From assembly GCA_025201805.1 (NCBI GenBank), contig MU619254.1:1-64000 (forward strand): a DNA stretch of 64,000 bases. Direction: 5' to 3'. A program made the position numbers and the translations under genes. The notes beneath the pieces were generated by a model. That model had not been told where the DNA came from. It worked only from the letters and a program-made list of their open reading frames with translations, and ran no database searches. This DNA is from Parasitella parasitica NRRL 2501 (lineage: Eukaryota; Fungi; Mucoromycota). The first letter of the stretch is position 1, and every line of letters starts with the position of its first letter. Positions 63,642-64,000 of this stretch are shown here, one piece after another.

Positions 63642-64000
63642 TATATATATCTCTTTGCATTTTCGTTTCTTTATTTCATACAAAATAAAAATTTTCCCAA
63701 ACCTATTTAGTGTCAAGTTTCAAATATTCGAATTACAGATAGAAATAATTGACCGTGTGCGCTTCACTACAAGTTGATCTTTAATATAATTTAGAAAGAA
63801 GTAAAGACACAAACAATATTATGATTAATATAGCAAGCCAACAAAAGTAATACTCAAACTCATCTTTATAAACACATAAAATCAATGATCTACATCTTCA
63901 ATGGTAATAGAAGGGTTTGCTGTAAAGAAACACAGAAGGAATCAGTCAAGATATCAGACTATGCTTTGTTGATCGTCCCCTTGATGATTTTCTTCTGCTT

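Noticed and set aside
1-64000. CRISPR arrays, rRNA, snRNA, telomeric repeats, selenoprotein signals
   Set aside because: None seen by eye; eukaryotic context and no in-frame TGA within conserved domains.

Overview
Gene-dense eukaryotic DNA from a Mucorales-type fungus (inferred from AT-rich intergenic DNA, many ~45-110 nt GT-AG introns, and Mucor-style F-box and transposon families). The first ~5 kb is a decayed-transposon zone around an intron-containing tRNA-Ile(TAT) gene. About 24 protein-coding genes follow, most of them spliced: SNM1/PSO2, a MiT/Rtg3-like bHLH-zip, PRP4, RPA190, a mitochondrial phosphate carrier, SmD3, RCL1, RPB11, a focadhesin/RST1-like protein, an F-box gene with a decayed tandem paralogue, a DEAD-box helicase, a GCN4/cpcA bZIP, alkaline ceramidase, an HSF-domain factor, threonine aldolase, a PQ-loop transporter, a Cdc12-like septin, a small orphan ORF, DMC1, PHS1, an MpaB/DUF2236 protein, a TTP-type tandem CCCH protein, eIF2B-gamma, a motif-repeat orphan and an APSES factor. 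I see no clearly new multi-gene system. The best leads are: (1) a full translational and autoregulatory cassette on GCN4 (three uORFs, TATA, perfect ATGACTCAT); (2) an HSF-domain factor with PxIxIT-like calcineurin docking motifs and SP repeats; (3) a fungal focadhesin; (4) a septin/orphan/DMC1 divergent unit, with a GC-AG intron, an 8-nt microexon and a 3' overlap with PHS1; (5) an orphan carrying a duplicated RAIPIIDP motif. All family calls come from motif recognition by eye; no searches were run.
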